The notes under the pieces were generated by a model that saw only the letters and a program-made list of their open reading frames with translations, ran no database searches and had not been told where the DNA came from. A DNA stretch of 64,000 nucleotides from Candidatus Flemingiibacterium sp. (GTDB lineage Bacteria > Bacillota > Clostridia > Oscillospirales > CAG-272): contig JAZRGK010000080.1 in assembly GCA_045644145.1 (NCBI GenBank), forward strand, positions 65,407 through 129,406. The letters run 5' to 3'. The position numbers were made by a program, and so were the translations under genes. Positions within the stretch are counted from its first letter, which is position 1. Each line of letters begins with the position of its first letter. This document shows positions 25,417 through 33,811 of this stretch, piece by piece.

Positions 25417-28400
25417 ATGTACTATCAAAACGAACCGGACGAAACGCTGGTAATGCTTACACTTGCGGGCGAGCAGACGGCATATGAGGTTTTGGTAACA
25501 CGTTATCAGAAGCTTGTGATATCCGCCGCGATGAAGATAACCAAAAATCACTTTATGGCGGAAGATGCCGCGCAGGATGCCTTTGTTACGGCTTGGATGA
25601 AACTGAACACTCTGCAAGATACGAAAAAGTACGCTTCATGGGTGTGTCGTATAGCTAAAAACTGTGCTCTTAATATGATAAGCAGATACCGCAGCTTCCT
25701 TCCGCTTGATGTGGTGGATAACCTAAATATTTTCGACGACAGTTCGGATAACCCGGCAGAGTTGTATGCACTGTCCGAGGAACGAAATGAAGTTGATAAA
25801 ACCGTTGAGCGGCTGCCGGAAAAGGTACGTCAGATCATTCATCTGCATTATTTTGAAGACCTTTCTATCGCGGAGATCGCAGACCGGATGCGAATTTCCG
25901 AAGGAACGGTCAAGTGGCAGCTTCACGACGGCAGAAAACGAATCAGAAAGGAACTTTGCGCTATGAATGAAAAGTATAACGATACTCTTGTACAGCGTGT
26001 TATGAAAAAGGTTGAAGAACTGAAATTATGGCAGGTCAAGAACGATAAAAGCGGTTTTGAAAAGGTATACAAAGAAGTGCTTCGCGAGGTAGAGGAGCTT
26101 CCCGAATGCAGAGAAAAACAGCACGCGCTTGCCGATGTCCTGATGCGCGGTTGGTGGTGGCTTCCCGGCAAAAAGAACGATGCTCTGTTTTCCCGTATTG
26201 CGGATGCCGCCATGGAAGGTAAAAACGAGGAGGTAATGACCTTTATCGTCACCCGTGAGGATTCAAAGGTATACGGCAGTGCGAAAGTGAATTTCATCCG
26301 TGACAAGCAGATTCCCCGTCTTGAAAAAGCAGGCTTTATTAAGGCTCTCGGACGCGAATGGTTCTGGCTTGGCAACGAGTTGTTCCGAGAGGGAAAAGTA
26401 GAGGAAGGTCACGCCGCATATGACAAGGTTGAAGAAATTCTCACAAGCGGAGATGCTTATCGCATACTCGTGCCTTATGCAAGAAAGATGGAAGAAGTGC
26501 TCTCCACACGCTACAAGGATACGGGCAAAGAACGATATCGTATCGGCGGTTCGGCAGAGGAGTACCGCATAATTGACGGAAAACTGCACTACTTCTCCGA
26601 GCAAGGCTTTGGAGAAGGCTGGGTTGCCTCGGTAAATTATAAGAGTGCCCAGATTTTCCGCAATGCATCAAGCTGCGACGGACAATTCTTTGCGGATATT
26701 GCAGTGGGCGAAACTCACACCGGCACTGACGGTACAAAGCTTTCCTATATTTCGGACGGTGAATCGCTGAACACGCCTGCAGGCAGATTTGACGGATGTC
26801 AGCTCTGGGAAGTAAGACGTTGGACGGACACACAAAAAATCGTATGCAAAACCTACTACAAAGAGGGCATCGGCATTGTTCGCCAGGAGCTTACAACTGA
26901 TGGAGCGACCGACAGCCATACGCTTAGTGCATATGAAATTAAAGGCGGAGAGGGACTTCTTCCCCTTTTGCCAGGCAATAGTTGGGAATACGCCCCATCG
27001 TATTCCCTAGATACGATTTCGTCCGAACTTAAAATCACTGTGGATTTTGTTTGTGATGAACGAATACTTGTTTCTCATTTCGAAAACACCGAACGACTTA
27101 AGTACGACGAAAATTCCTGGCTTGATGCCGTGCAAGAAATTGCCAATGAATACTGCCGTGAGAATGGCGGAAACTGGCGTATATGCGACGTTTATCCTGC
27201 CATGGAGCGTGCGGAGCGGCTTGCCGTGACTCCTATGGAAAAGGCACACACCAAAGCGGCGGTATCTACGGTACGGAGAATACTCGCTACAGACCCAACC
27301 TTCAATCCCGACCACACTGCCACGGGACATTGGAATTTCTTCTGCAGGACATACATCAGAAAGAAGTCCGATTCTCTTATTCTTACCGATTATAACTCCA
27401 GATGGAGTTTCGAGTGGAAAAATACCGGCAGCATGGGCGCAGCAGAGGATCCTATTCTGTATAACGATATCTACGGTATTCTCCGGGATGCGGCAAACTG
27501 CCTCTGGTCTGACGAATGGCGAATCGGCGCATCACCTATCGTGGAATATGACAGGTACGGAAGCGCAATCAAAACGCAGATCACCTGCGAGGATGGCGGA
27601 ACAGTCACGACGAAGGCCGGAACTTTTGAAAACTGCTTCAAGCTTTGCCTTGATATTAGCGGGATGGGCGACGGACTTACCTACCGAGGTGGCAAGAAGG
27701 CTTACTATTTTGCCGATGGGATCGGAATTGTCCGCACCGAGAACGAATTTTGCGGCGGTGCAAAGACAGCAGTTTACGAGCTTACCTCATACGAGGGTGT
27801 GGGCGAGGGATTCATGCCCATAGCGGACGGTCTTGTTCGTCGATATGATGCCCTCGACCTAACTGACGGCTTTGTGGGTGCTGTAGAATACACCTATGCG
27901 GCGGATGAGGACGGCGACATCGTTGTATTTGCTGACCGCACAGGTATCCGCGAGCTTCCGCCGACGATCACGCAGTATAGCGCGATTCAGGGCGAGATGA
28001 TTGAACAGCAGCTCTGCGATGCCGGAAAATGGCAAGAAGGTCAGCTTATGTATGGGGTGAACAACTTCCATCTGATACTTCATCTTCTTGGAAGACCCAG
28101 CCACAATATTCACACCGCTAAAAGATCGGTGGATGTACAGAGCTTCAATATGAAAATCATGGAGCTTCTGGGTGAAAACGGCGAGGTGCCGCCTGCGTGG
28201 TACAGCCTCTATTCATGGACTGCACTTATCAGATCCGCTGCCTTATTCGGCAACGGCGAAAAGGACGAGGGATACCGCAGTCTTGAAACAGCCATTGAAT
28301 ACGCCGAAAAAGCTGCCGCTTTTAATAAAGGTGCGCTTCTTGATGCCGGCAACAGTCATGTTCTCGGTGGAGTCAAGTATGTGAAGGGATGCGGCAGAAT

Positions 28401-28581
28401 CCAGCTTCCGAACGGAAGGTGCGAGCCGATCAACTATGACTATTGGATGGACTCATATGACAAGCTCATTTTTGACGTGCTGAACGCCCCCCGCGGATGG
28501 TCATGGTTTAATTCCGCACGCGGGGAGGACCGGTTCAAGGAATGCATTGAGCGCGCAGGTAAAATAGGCCAAAAGGCATAA
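25417..28581 (+). CDS. Sigma-70/ECF-like factor fused to a ~870-aa C-terminal domain lacking a TM segment
   Basis: Trimmed to the ATG at 25417, after AAAGGAGAG. Region 2 (AEDAAQDAFVTAWMKL) and region 4 HTH (LSIAEIADRMRISEGTVKWQLHDGRKRI) lie in the first ~190 aa. The remainder has no hydrophobic TM segment and contains an internal duplicated module. Confidence 0.8.
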   Translation: MYYQNEPDETLVMLTLAGEQTAYEVLVTRYQKLVISAAMKITKNHFMAEDAAQDAFVTAWMKLNTLQDTKKYASWVCRIAKNCALNMISRYRSFLPLDVVDNLNIFDDSSDNPAELYALSEERNEVDKTVERLPEKVRQIIHLHYFEDLSIAEIADRMRISEGTVKWQLHDGRKRIRKELCAMNEKYNDTLVQRVMKKVEELKLWQVKNDKSGFEKVYKEVLREVEELPECREKQHALADVLMRGWWWLPGKKNDALFSRIADAAMEGKNEEVMTFIVTREDSKVYGSAKVNFIRDKQIPRLEKAGFIKALGREWFWLGNELFREGKVEEGHAAYDKVEEILTSGDAYRILVPYARKMEEVLSTRYKDTGKERYRIGGSAEEYRIIDGKLHYFSEQGFGEGWVASVNYKSAQIFRNASSCDGQFFADIAVGETHTGTDGTKLSYISDGESLNTPAGRFDGCQLWEVRRWTDTQKIVCKTYYKEGIGIVRQELTTDGATDSHTLSAYEIKGGEGLLPLLPGNSWEYAPSYSLDTISSELKITVDFVCDERILVSHFENTERLKYDENSWLDAVQEIANEYCRENGGNWRICDVYPAMERAERLAVTPMEKAHTKAAVSTVRRILATDPTFNPDHTATGHWNFFCRTYIRKKSDSLILTDYNSRWSFEWKNTGSMGAAEDPILYNDIYGILRDAANCLWSDEWRIGASPIVEYDRYGSAIKTQITCEDGGTVTTKAGTFENCFKLCLDISGMGDGLTYRGGKKAYYFADGIGIVRTENEFCGGAKTAVYELTSYEGVGEGFMPIADGLVRRYDALDLTDGFVGAVEYTYAADEDGDIVVFADRTGIRELPPTITQYSAIQGEMIEQQLCDAGKWQEGQLMYGVNNFHLILHLLGRPSHNIHTAKRSVDVQSFNMKIMELLGENGEVPPAWYSLYSWTALIRSAALFGNGEKDEGYRSLETAIEYAEKAAAFNKGALLDAGNSHVLGGVKYVKGCGRIQLPNGRCEPINYDYWMDSYDKLIFDVLNAPRGWSWFNSARGEDRFKECIERAGKIGQKA

Positions 28582-28587
28582 TAATAC

Positions 28588-28686
28588 TACCGCCGAGAGC
28601 AACCGTTGTGGTTGCTCTCGGCGGGTTTGTTGTAGACTGATTCACAATTTTATGATATAATTATAAAAAAGTTCCAACCTTTTGTG
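28588..28686 (+). repeat. Terminator-promoter cassette, copy B
   Basis: Hairpin at 28590-28624, then tttgttgtagactgattcacaattttaTGaTATAAT (TATAAT at 28656-28661) and ccaacctttt. Confidence 0.85.
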
Positions 28687-28732
28687 GAATCCGTGTCTAT
28701 ATAGGTGAAAGCTTTCAACGAGGTACAAACAA

Positions 28733-30415
28733 GTGAACAGACAAGATGCCGAAAAGATTATAATTGAATATCTCAAACCCATATTCGGCTTTACGCTGAA
28801 GCGGTGTAAAAACGCACACGATGCGGAAGATCTATCGCAGGATATTGTATTAAAGGCGTTCCGCGCACTTCTCATCAAAGACGATATCGGGGATGTCAGC
28901 AAATTTATTTGGACGATTGCTCATAATGCGTTCAGCAATTACTATAGAGATGCCGCCAAAAGCATCATAGGTGTATCGATTGATGAGGTGGCAGAGATAA
29001 TTGCTGATCCCGACTCGATGTTGGATAATGACGATAATGCTGATACCATACATAGATTGCAGAGCGAAAAAGCGTATCTTTCCAAACTCCAACGCAAGAT
29101 CGTAATTGCATACTATTTTGAAAATCGCAAGCAAGCCGATATTGCTAAAGATTTGAATATTCCTCTCGGAACGGTCAAGTGGCACTTGTTTGATGCGAAA
29201 AAAGAATTAAAACGAGGTATAGATACTATGAGAAAAACAAGTGAACTGAAATTTAATCCCATCAAATTCCACACATACGGTATTAACGGTTCCATTGGAA
29301 CAAAAAACTTAGATGAATTCTTTCGGTCTACTTTGGCACAGAATATTTGCTATTGCGTACGCAATGAGGCAAAAACAATCAATGAGATTGCCGATGATAT
29401 TGGTGTTTCGCCTGTTTATGTGGAAACTGAGGTTAATTTCCTTGAAGAGTACGGCTTTTTGGAGGAGCAAAGGGACAAGTATATCGTCAATTTCATAATC
29501 AGTGAACCAACTGCAGAACTGCTCACAATGCAGGATGCGATGTATAAGAAAGCCGCAGGATTGTTTGCAAATGAGCTTTACGATGAACTGATTGCATCGG
29601 GACTGATTGATCATTCCGATATTTTGTGTGGACAGACCGATAAACTGATCACCTTGACGGAAAGTACTCGTGCGGATCAAAACTTCCTTCTGTGGTCGCT
29701 TATCCCGTATATTGCGGCAGAATCTGGCGAAAAATTGGTGGAAGATAAAATTTCCTTTGAAGAGGTTGCGACTGTTCGTCCAGATGGTGCTCATAATATT
29801 TGTCACGCAGCCGTTGTCCCGGATAATGTGGAGTTGCCAGAAGATTATGTATATATGAAAAACTGGTGCGGGCCGTTCAGATATCCGAACAAACAGTATT
29901 CCGAGGGGAACATTTCGTTTTGGCAGCTTGATACTGAGTGGTCGGGACGAAGAATGAGTGTCAGCAAAATGTACGCAGAGAATGTTGATCGAGTTTTAGC
30001 TCTCGAAAAGCGTGAGGATGAGGACGGTCTGCTTTCAAAGGATGAGTACGCTTGGCTATCAGAGCTTGGTTATATCAAAACCAACGGAGATTATGACGGA
30101 CACTTTAAGTCCTCTTGGCAGATCGTAACGCTTACGAGCAAGGAAATCAAAAATAAACTCCTTGCAGTTGGCGAGAATATTAAGATAAAACACAAGGATA
30201 AATTTGATGCAATCAAAGCACATTATGTCGAAGCGGTACTCGATTCCGTGCCGGCTCATCTACGCCGGGTAAAGGAATATGAGCTTCAGTTTCTATTCCA
30301 CGCTGACGGATGGTTCCTACTTCACTGTATTGTTGCACTTTTGAGCAACGGCAAGCTAAAGCAGCCTACCGATGGGCAAAGGAAAGTGCTTACAACGCTC
30401 ATTGTTCAAAATTAA
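28733..30415 (+). CDS. Sigma-70/ECF-like factor fused to a ~370-aa C-terminal domain containing an extra winged-helix-like segment
   Basis: 560 aa with a GTG start after GAGGT. Region 2 (AEDLSQDIVLKAFRAL) and region 4 (ADIAKDLNIPLGTVKWHLFDAKKEL). A downstream HTH-like segment reads TINEIADDIGVSPVYVETEVNFLEEYGFL. Confidence 0.75.
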   Translation: MNRQDAEKIIIEYLKPIFGFTLKRCKNAHDAEDLSQDIVLKAFRALLIKDDIGDVSKFIWTIAHNAFSNYYRDAAKSIIGVSIDEVAEIIADPDSMLDNDDNADTIHRLQSEKAYLSKLQRKIVIAYYFENRKQADIAKDLNIPLGTVKWHLFDAKKELKRGIDTMRKTSELKFNPIKFHTYGINGSIGTKNLDEFFRSTLAQNICYCVRNEAKTINEIADDIGVSPVYVETEVNFLEEYGFLEEQRDKYIVNFIISEPTAELLTMQDAMYKKAAGLFANELYDELIASGLIDHSDILCGQTDKLITLTESTRADQNFLLWSLIPYIAAESGEKLVEDKISFEEVATVRPDGAHNICHAAVVPDNVELPEDYVYMKNWCGPFRYPNKQYSEGNISFWQLDTEWSGRRMSVSKMYAENVDRVLALEKREDEDGLLSKDEYAWLSELGYIKTNGDYDGHFKSSWQIVTLTSKEIKNKLLAVGENIKIKHKDKFDAIKAHYVEAVLDSVPAHLRRVKEYELQFLFHADGWFLLHCIVALLSNGKLKQPTDGQRKVLTTLIVQN

Positions 30416-30421
30416 TAGCAG

Positions 30422-30458
30422 CACCGCCGAGAGTAACCGTTGTGGTCGCTCTCGGCGG
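30422..30458 (+). repeat. Terminator-promoter cassette, copy C (hairpin only, truncated)
   Basis: The hairpin ccgccgagag...ctctcggcgg (30424-30458) is conserved. The promoter half of the cassette is absent, and similarity to copies A and B stops at 30458, 12 nt before the recombinase stop codon. Confidence 0.8.
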
Positions 30459-30470
30459 TAATGTTAAGCC

Positions 30471-32066
30471 TTAATTCATATAATCATAGTAAAAAACAAA
30501 TCCGAACCAATTTCGATTTACGAAATAGTTCGGATTTGTTACGTTTGGTGACCCTAAAGAGTCCACAGACGAACACTCGGAGAGTGCGCTTTCTACGTCA
30601 GAAATGGTAATATTTACACCTATATGACCGCCTCCGGAGGGGTCAAACACGATTTTTGCATGATCATCGTACAGGTATATGGCTACAATAAAGTTTTTTA
30701 TAAGATTTTCACGGTATTTTGGATCGTCTATATCACCGTTCCGGAACGATAGGAGAAATGTCTTTAGTTCTTCTACATTGATTTCCGGTATATTAACGGT
30801 AAGCTCGGCAAGCTGTGCCTTCACTTTTGCCTGGTCAGATTCAAGCTCAATCAGCCTGCTCTTTGTGGTATCTGTGAGTACACCTGCCTCGATGGCACGC
30901 ATAATGTTTTGTATTGCCACATCGTTGGCTTTTTTTCGTTCTTCAAGAATCACGATGTCCGGGTTATCCCGTTGCTCATCGAAGTACCGTGCAACGCCTT
31001 CGGCAATCTGCGTAATAACCGGCTCATTCAAGATGTGCTGGTAAACACCCATTGCTACATCGTATTCGAGCTGATCTCGTCGGACGTCTTTCTTTCGGCA
31101 TCCTCCGCCGGATCGTTTATCTTTGCAAGCGTAATAGTGGTGTTTTGTTCCTGATTTGCTTGTACCGCACATTCCTATCATCGGCTCTCCGCATTCACCA
31201 CAGAAGAGAAGTCCCGTAAGAAGGTATCTTTCGTTGGTGCGGCTTTTGCCGCGCGGATTCTTTTTGTTTTTCAAAATATACTGTACCTCCTCGAATTGAT
31301 GTTTTTCGATTATTTGAGGCATACCACCTTCGACGCGGATTCCGTCGAATATGTATGTACCCGTGTAGCGTTCATTTGATACGATAGTAGCGAAGCTGTT
31401 CTTGCCCCATTCGTTGCCACGACGATTTTTTATACCTCTCGCGTTGAGATCGGCGGCGATACTCATAAACATCTCGCCTGCTTCCACGCGAGCGAATATT
31501 TCTTTAACTATTGGGGCGGTGGTTTCGTCTATTACGAAGTGCCCGGCTTTGTCCGATTTATACCCATACGGCGCAGGACCGTTTGCGCGGCACTTCATAG
31601 CGTTGTCGGCTTGGTTGCGCTTTATATCCTCGCTCAAATTCTCGCTGTAAAACTGATTGAGATTCATCATTGTACGCCTTGCGAATCTGCCGGAGGCGTT
31701 ATCCGCAAAGGCTTCTTTAGCGTAGAAGACTTGTATGCCGTATTTATCCATTTCGCTTTCAAATATGAGCGCGTTGACCATATTTCGGGCGATACGGCTT
31801 GATTTGTAAGCGATTACAGCGGCGAAGACACCTTTTTCAGCATCCCGGCGAAGCTTCTGATACTGCGGTCGGCGGTCGGAACGTCCCGATACTGCGCTGT
31901 CTGCATAGACGCCGACAACAGAAAGATTATTGGCAGCGGCATACGCCTTGCACTCTGCAACTTGCTGTTCTATGGATTCTTCGCGCTGATTATGCGATGA
32001 AAAGCGAGCATATATCACGGCAGGTATTTCGCCGAGAGGGGATATTTGCTTGTTTGTTCGCGCCAT
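30471..32066 (-). CDS. Large serine recombinase (prophage integrase)
   Basis: Trimmed to the ATG at 32066, after AAAGGAG. Resolvase-type N-terminus (AVIYARFSSHNQREESIEQQ), recombinase domain, zinc ribbon (CGECGEPM...HHYYAC) and a coiled-coil region. Confidence 0.9.
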   Translation of the reverse strand: MARTNKQISPLGEIPAVIYARFSSHNQREESIEQQVAECKAYAAANNLSVVGVYADSAVSGRSDRRPQYQKLRRDAEKGVFAAVIAYKSSRIARNMVNALIFESEMDKYGIQVFYAKEAFADNASGRFARRTMMNLNQFYSENLSEDIKRNQADNAMKCRANGPAPYGYKSDKAGHFVIDETTAPIVKEIFARVEAGEMFMSIAADLNARGIKNRRGNEWGKNSFATIVSNERYTGTYIFDGIRVEGGMPQIIEKHQFEEVQYILKNKKNPRGKSRTNERYLLTGLLFCGECGEPMIGMCGTSKSGTKHHYYACKDKRSGGGCRKKDVRRDQLEYDVAMGVYQHILNEPVITQIAEGVARYFDEQRDNPDIVILEERKKANDVAIQNIMRAIEAGVLTDTTKSRLIELESDQAKVKAQLAELTVNIPEINVEELKTFLLSFRNGDIDDPKYRENLIKNFIVAIYLYDDHAKIVFDPSGGGHIGVNITISDVESALSECSSVDSLGSPNVTNPNYFVNRNWFGFVFYYDYMN

Positions 32067-32106
32067 GTATATGCTCCTTTCTGTGTTGTGCGGGAGAGGG
32101 GATTTT

Positions 32107-32823
32107 TTACACCCTACCAATAACACGACCAACGCATTTGATTGTGTCGTATTGGCTGAATTTAATATCCTTATACTTTTCATTGAGGGAGATCAGACGG
32201 TCTACCCCATATTTTTTTATATAGCCATCGCCGTTGACGATGTATACGCCGACTTCGCCCTCATCGAGCGCGTCACATTGTTCAACAAGCACTACGTCGC
32301 CGTCATAGTATATTGGTTCCATGCTGTCGCCCGATATGGTAAGCGCGAAATCCGCTTGACGAGCTTCGGGAGAATCGGGAACAGATATAGTTTCCCATGC
32401 ATTGTTATCATCAAGCATAAAACCGATTCCGGCAGATACCTTATACAAGCTGTGGCGAATGGAATACATGGGTTGCTTTTTCTCCGGCTTTATAGGTGTT
32501 ATGCTACGAGTGTATTCTTCGTCAAGAACCATACCCATTATCTTTTTGCCGTGTGCATCAAGCATACGGTATTTTTTTATCATCTCGCGTTCTGAAGCGC
32601 TTAATATATCGCCCTTCATTGATTCTATTTCATCTTGATACAAATAGTTTGCATCACATTTTAATGCGGCGAAGAGCTTTATAAGAATATTCTCATTAGG
32701 TGAGCTTATTCCGCTTTCATAGTTTCCTATGCTCCCTTTTGAAACACCAACCAATTTAGCAAGCTCGGGCTGTGTGTAACCGAGTTCTTCCCGGCGTTGC
32801 TTGATTCTTGTGCTTAAACTCAT
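32107..32823 (-). CDS. CI/LexA-like phage repressor (XRE HTH + S24 peptidase)
   Basis: Trimmed to the ATG at 32823. HTH region RREELGYTQPELAKLVGVSKGSIGNYESG. Candidate Ala-Gly cleavage site (VSAGIG). S24 catalytic motif SGDSMEP and a downstream Lys (GYIKKYG). Confidence 0.85.
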   Translation of the reverse strand: MSLSTRIKQRREELGYTQPELAKLVGVSKGSIGNYESGISSPNENILIKLFAALKCDANYLYQDEIESMKGDILSASEREMIKKYRMLDAHGKKIMGMVLDEEYTRSITPIKPEKKQPMYSIRHSLYKVSAGIGFMLDDNNAWETISVPDSPEARQADFALTISGDSMEPIYYDGDVVLVEQCDALDEGEVGVYIVNGDGYIKKYGVDRLISLNEKYKDIKFSQYDTIKCVGRVIGRV

Positions 32824-32918
32824 AATTAAAACCTCTTTTATCATTGAAGTTACAACACGATTATAACACACACGAGAGTACAAGTCAAGAAAAATCTCAA
32901 AAAACTTGTAAAAAACTC

Positions 32919-32947
32919 TTGACATCACAAGAAATATATGCTATAAT
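32919..32947 (+). promoter_or_regulatory. Consensus early (lytic) promoter in the CI/Cro intergenic switch
   Basis: TTGACA (32919-32924), 17 nt, TATAAT (32942-32947). It is flanked by repeated AAAAAACTTG motifs (about 32899 and 32960) and the inverted repeat ACAAGT/ACTTGT. Confidence 0.7.
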
Positions 32948-32981
32948 GCAAATGGTCACAAAAAACTTGGGAGGTGATAAC

Positions 32982-33206
32982 GTGGATGGCATTGCTGAAA
33001 ATACACGCAATCTCATTAGGGAGAGGGGATTAAAGAATAAAGCGGTAGCTGTTCGGGCTGGATATTCAGAGAAGCAATTCAGCAGGATAATGACCGGTGC
33101 GAAGCCTATGCGGAGTGAAGATATACTACGAATATCACAGGCACTCGGCGTAACACCTAATGAATTGTTTGGTATACCTGATACGGCAGAGCAGGAAGGA
33201 GGGTGA
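32982..33206 (+). CDS. Cro/XRE-like HTH regulator
   Basis: 74 aa from the GTG at 32982, after GGGAGGTG. HTH region RGLKNKAVAVRAGYSEKQFSRIMTG. Divergent from the repressor gene. Confidence 0.75.
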   Translation: MDGIAENTRNLIRERGLKNKAVAVRAGYSEKQFSRIMTGAKPMRSEDILRISQALGVTPNELFGIPDTAEQEGG

Positions 33207-33211
33207 GAGGA

Positions 33212-33478
33212 ATGGAGAACCAATGCGACATCGAAAGCGAATTTGCTGAAACTTTCAGACATGCAGTTGCGGAAAGCCAAAAAGAACCAATTTCCGAATA
33301 CGCGTCTGATGCGCGCGCATTACACAACATCGCTTTATTAAGCGAAGTATATCGGAAACTGGTTGATGGAATTATTCGGGTTGAACAAAGCGAAGAACTG
33401 TACAAGTATTATACGGAATTGGACCGTGCGTTTCGCAAAGTCATCAAATGTGAGTCTACTGACATAATGCTTGAGTGA
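33212..33478 (+). CDS. Hypothetical early phage protein
   Basis: 88 aa from the ATG at 33212, after GGAAGGAGGG. No recognisable domain. Confidence 0.55.
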   Translation: MENQCDIESEFAETFRHAVAESQKEPISEYASDARALHNIALLSEVYRKLVDGIIRVEQSEELYKYYTELDRAFRKVIKCESTDIMLE

Positions 33479-33531
33479 TAAAAAACGTGTGCTATTGAGG
33501 GGCTACTCAACAGCACACAGGGGTATCGAAA

Positions 33532-33702
33532 TTACTGCTTGTTTAGGTTGTTGTACTCAATTAGGATATCACATATCATCTTTGCGTTCATTCGATAAAT
33601 TTCTTTGATAAGTTTTGTTGTTGCATTGTCGTTGACGAGGCGACTTGAATACTTATCAAGAACTTTGTCGCAGATAGTTTTTATGTCTTTTTCATCTATC
33701 AT
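33532..33702 (-). CDS. Hypothetical 56-aa protein, the only reverse-strand gene inside the early region
   Basis: Not in the ORF track because it is under 60 aa. ATG at 33702 preceded by GGAGGTGATGA. Translation: MIDEKDIKTICDKVLDKYSSRLVNDNATTKLIKEIYRMNAKMICDILIEYNNLNKQ. A hairpin (gtgtgctattgagg...tactcaacagcacac, about 33488-33520) lies beyond its stop. Confidence 0.5.
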   Translation of the reverse strand: MIDEKDIKTICDKVLDKYSSRLVNDNATTKLIKEIYRMNAKMICDILIEYNNLNKQ

Positions 33703-33811
33703 TGGGTCATCACCTCCTTTCTAAGGTGATTATATCACAAACAATCACAAAAATCAACAATTTCAGGAATTCCTAAAAGCAACAAAACACAAAAAACAAA
33801 GGAGAAAAACC

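Noticed and set aside
30459-30470. Calling an exact attL core in the 12 nt between the cassette hairpin and the recombinase stop.
   Set aside because: The right junction is outside the window, so no direct repeat or crossover dinucleotide can be identified. Only the approximate boundary is supported.
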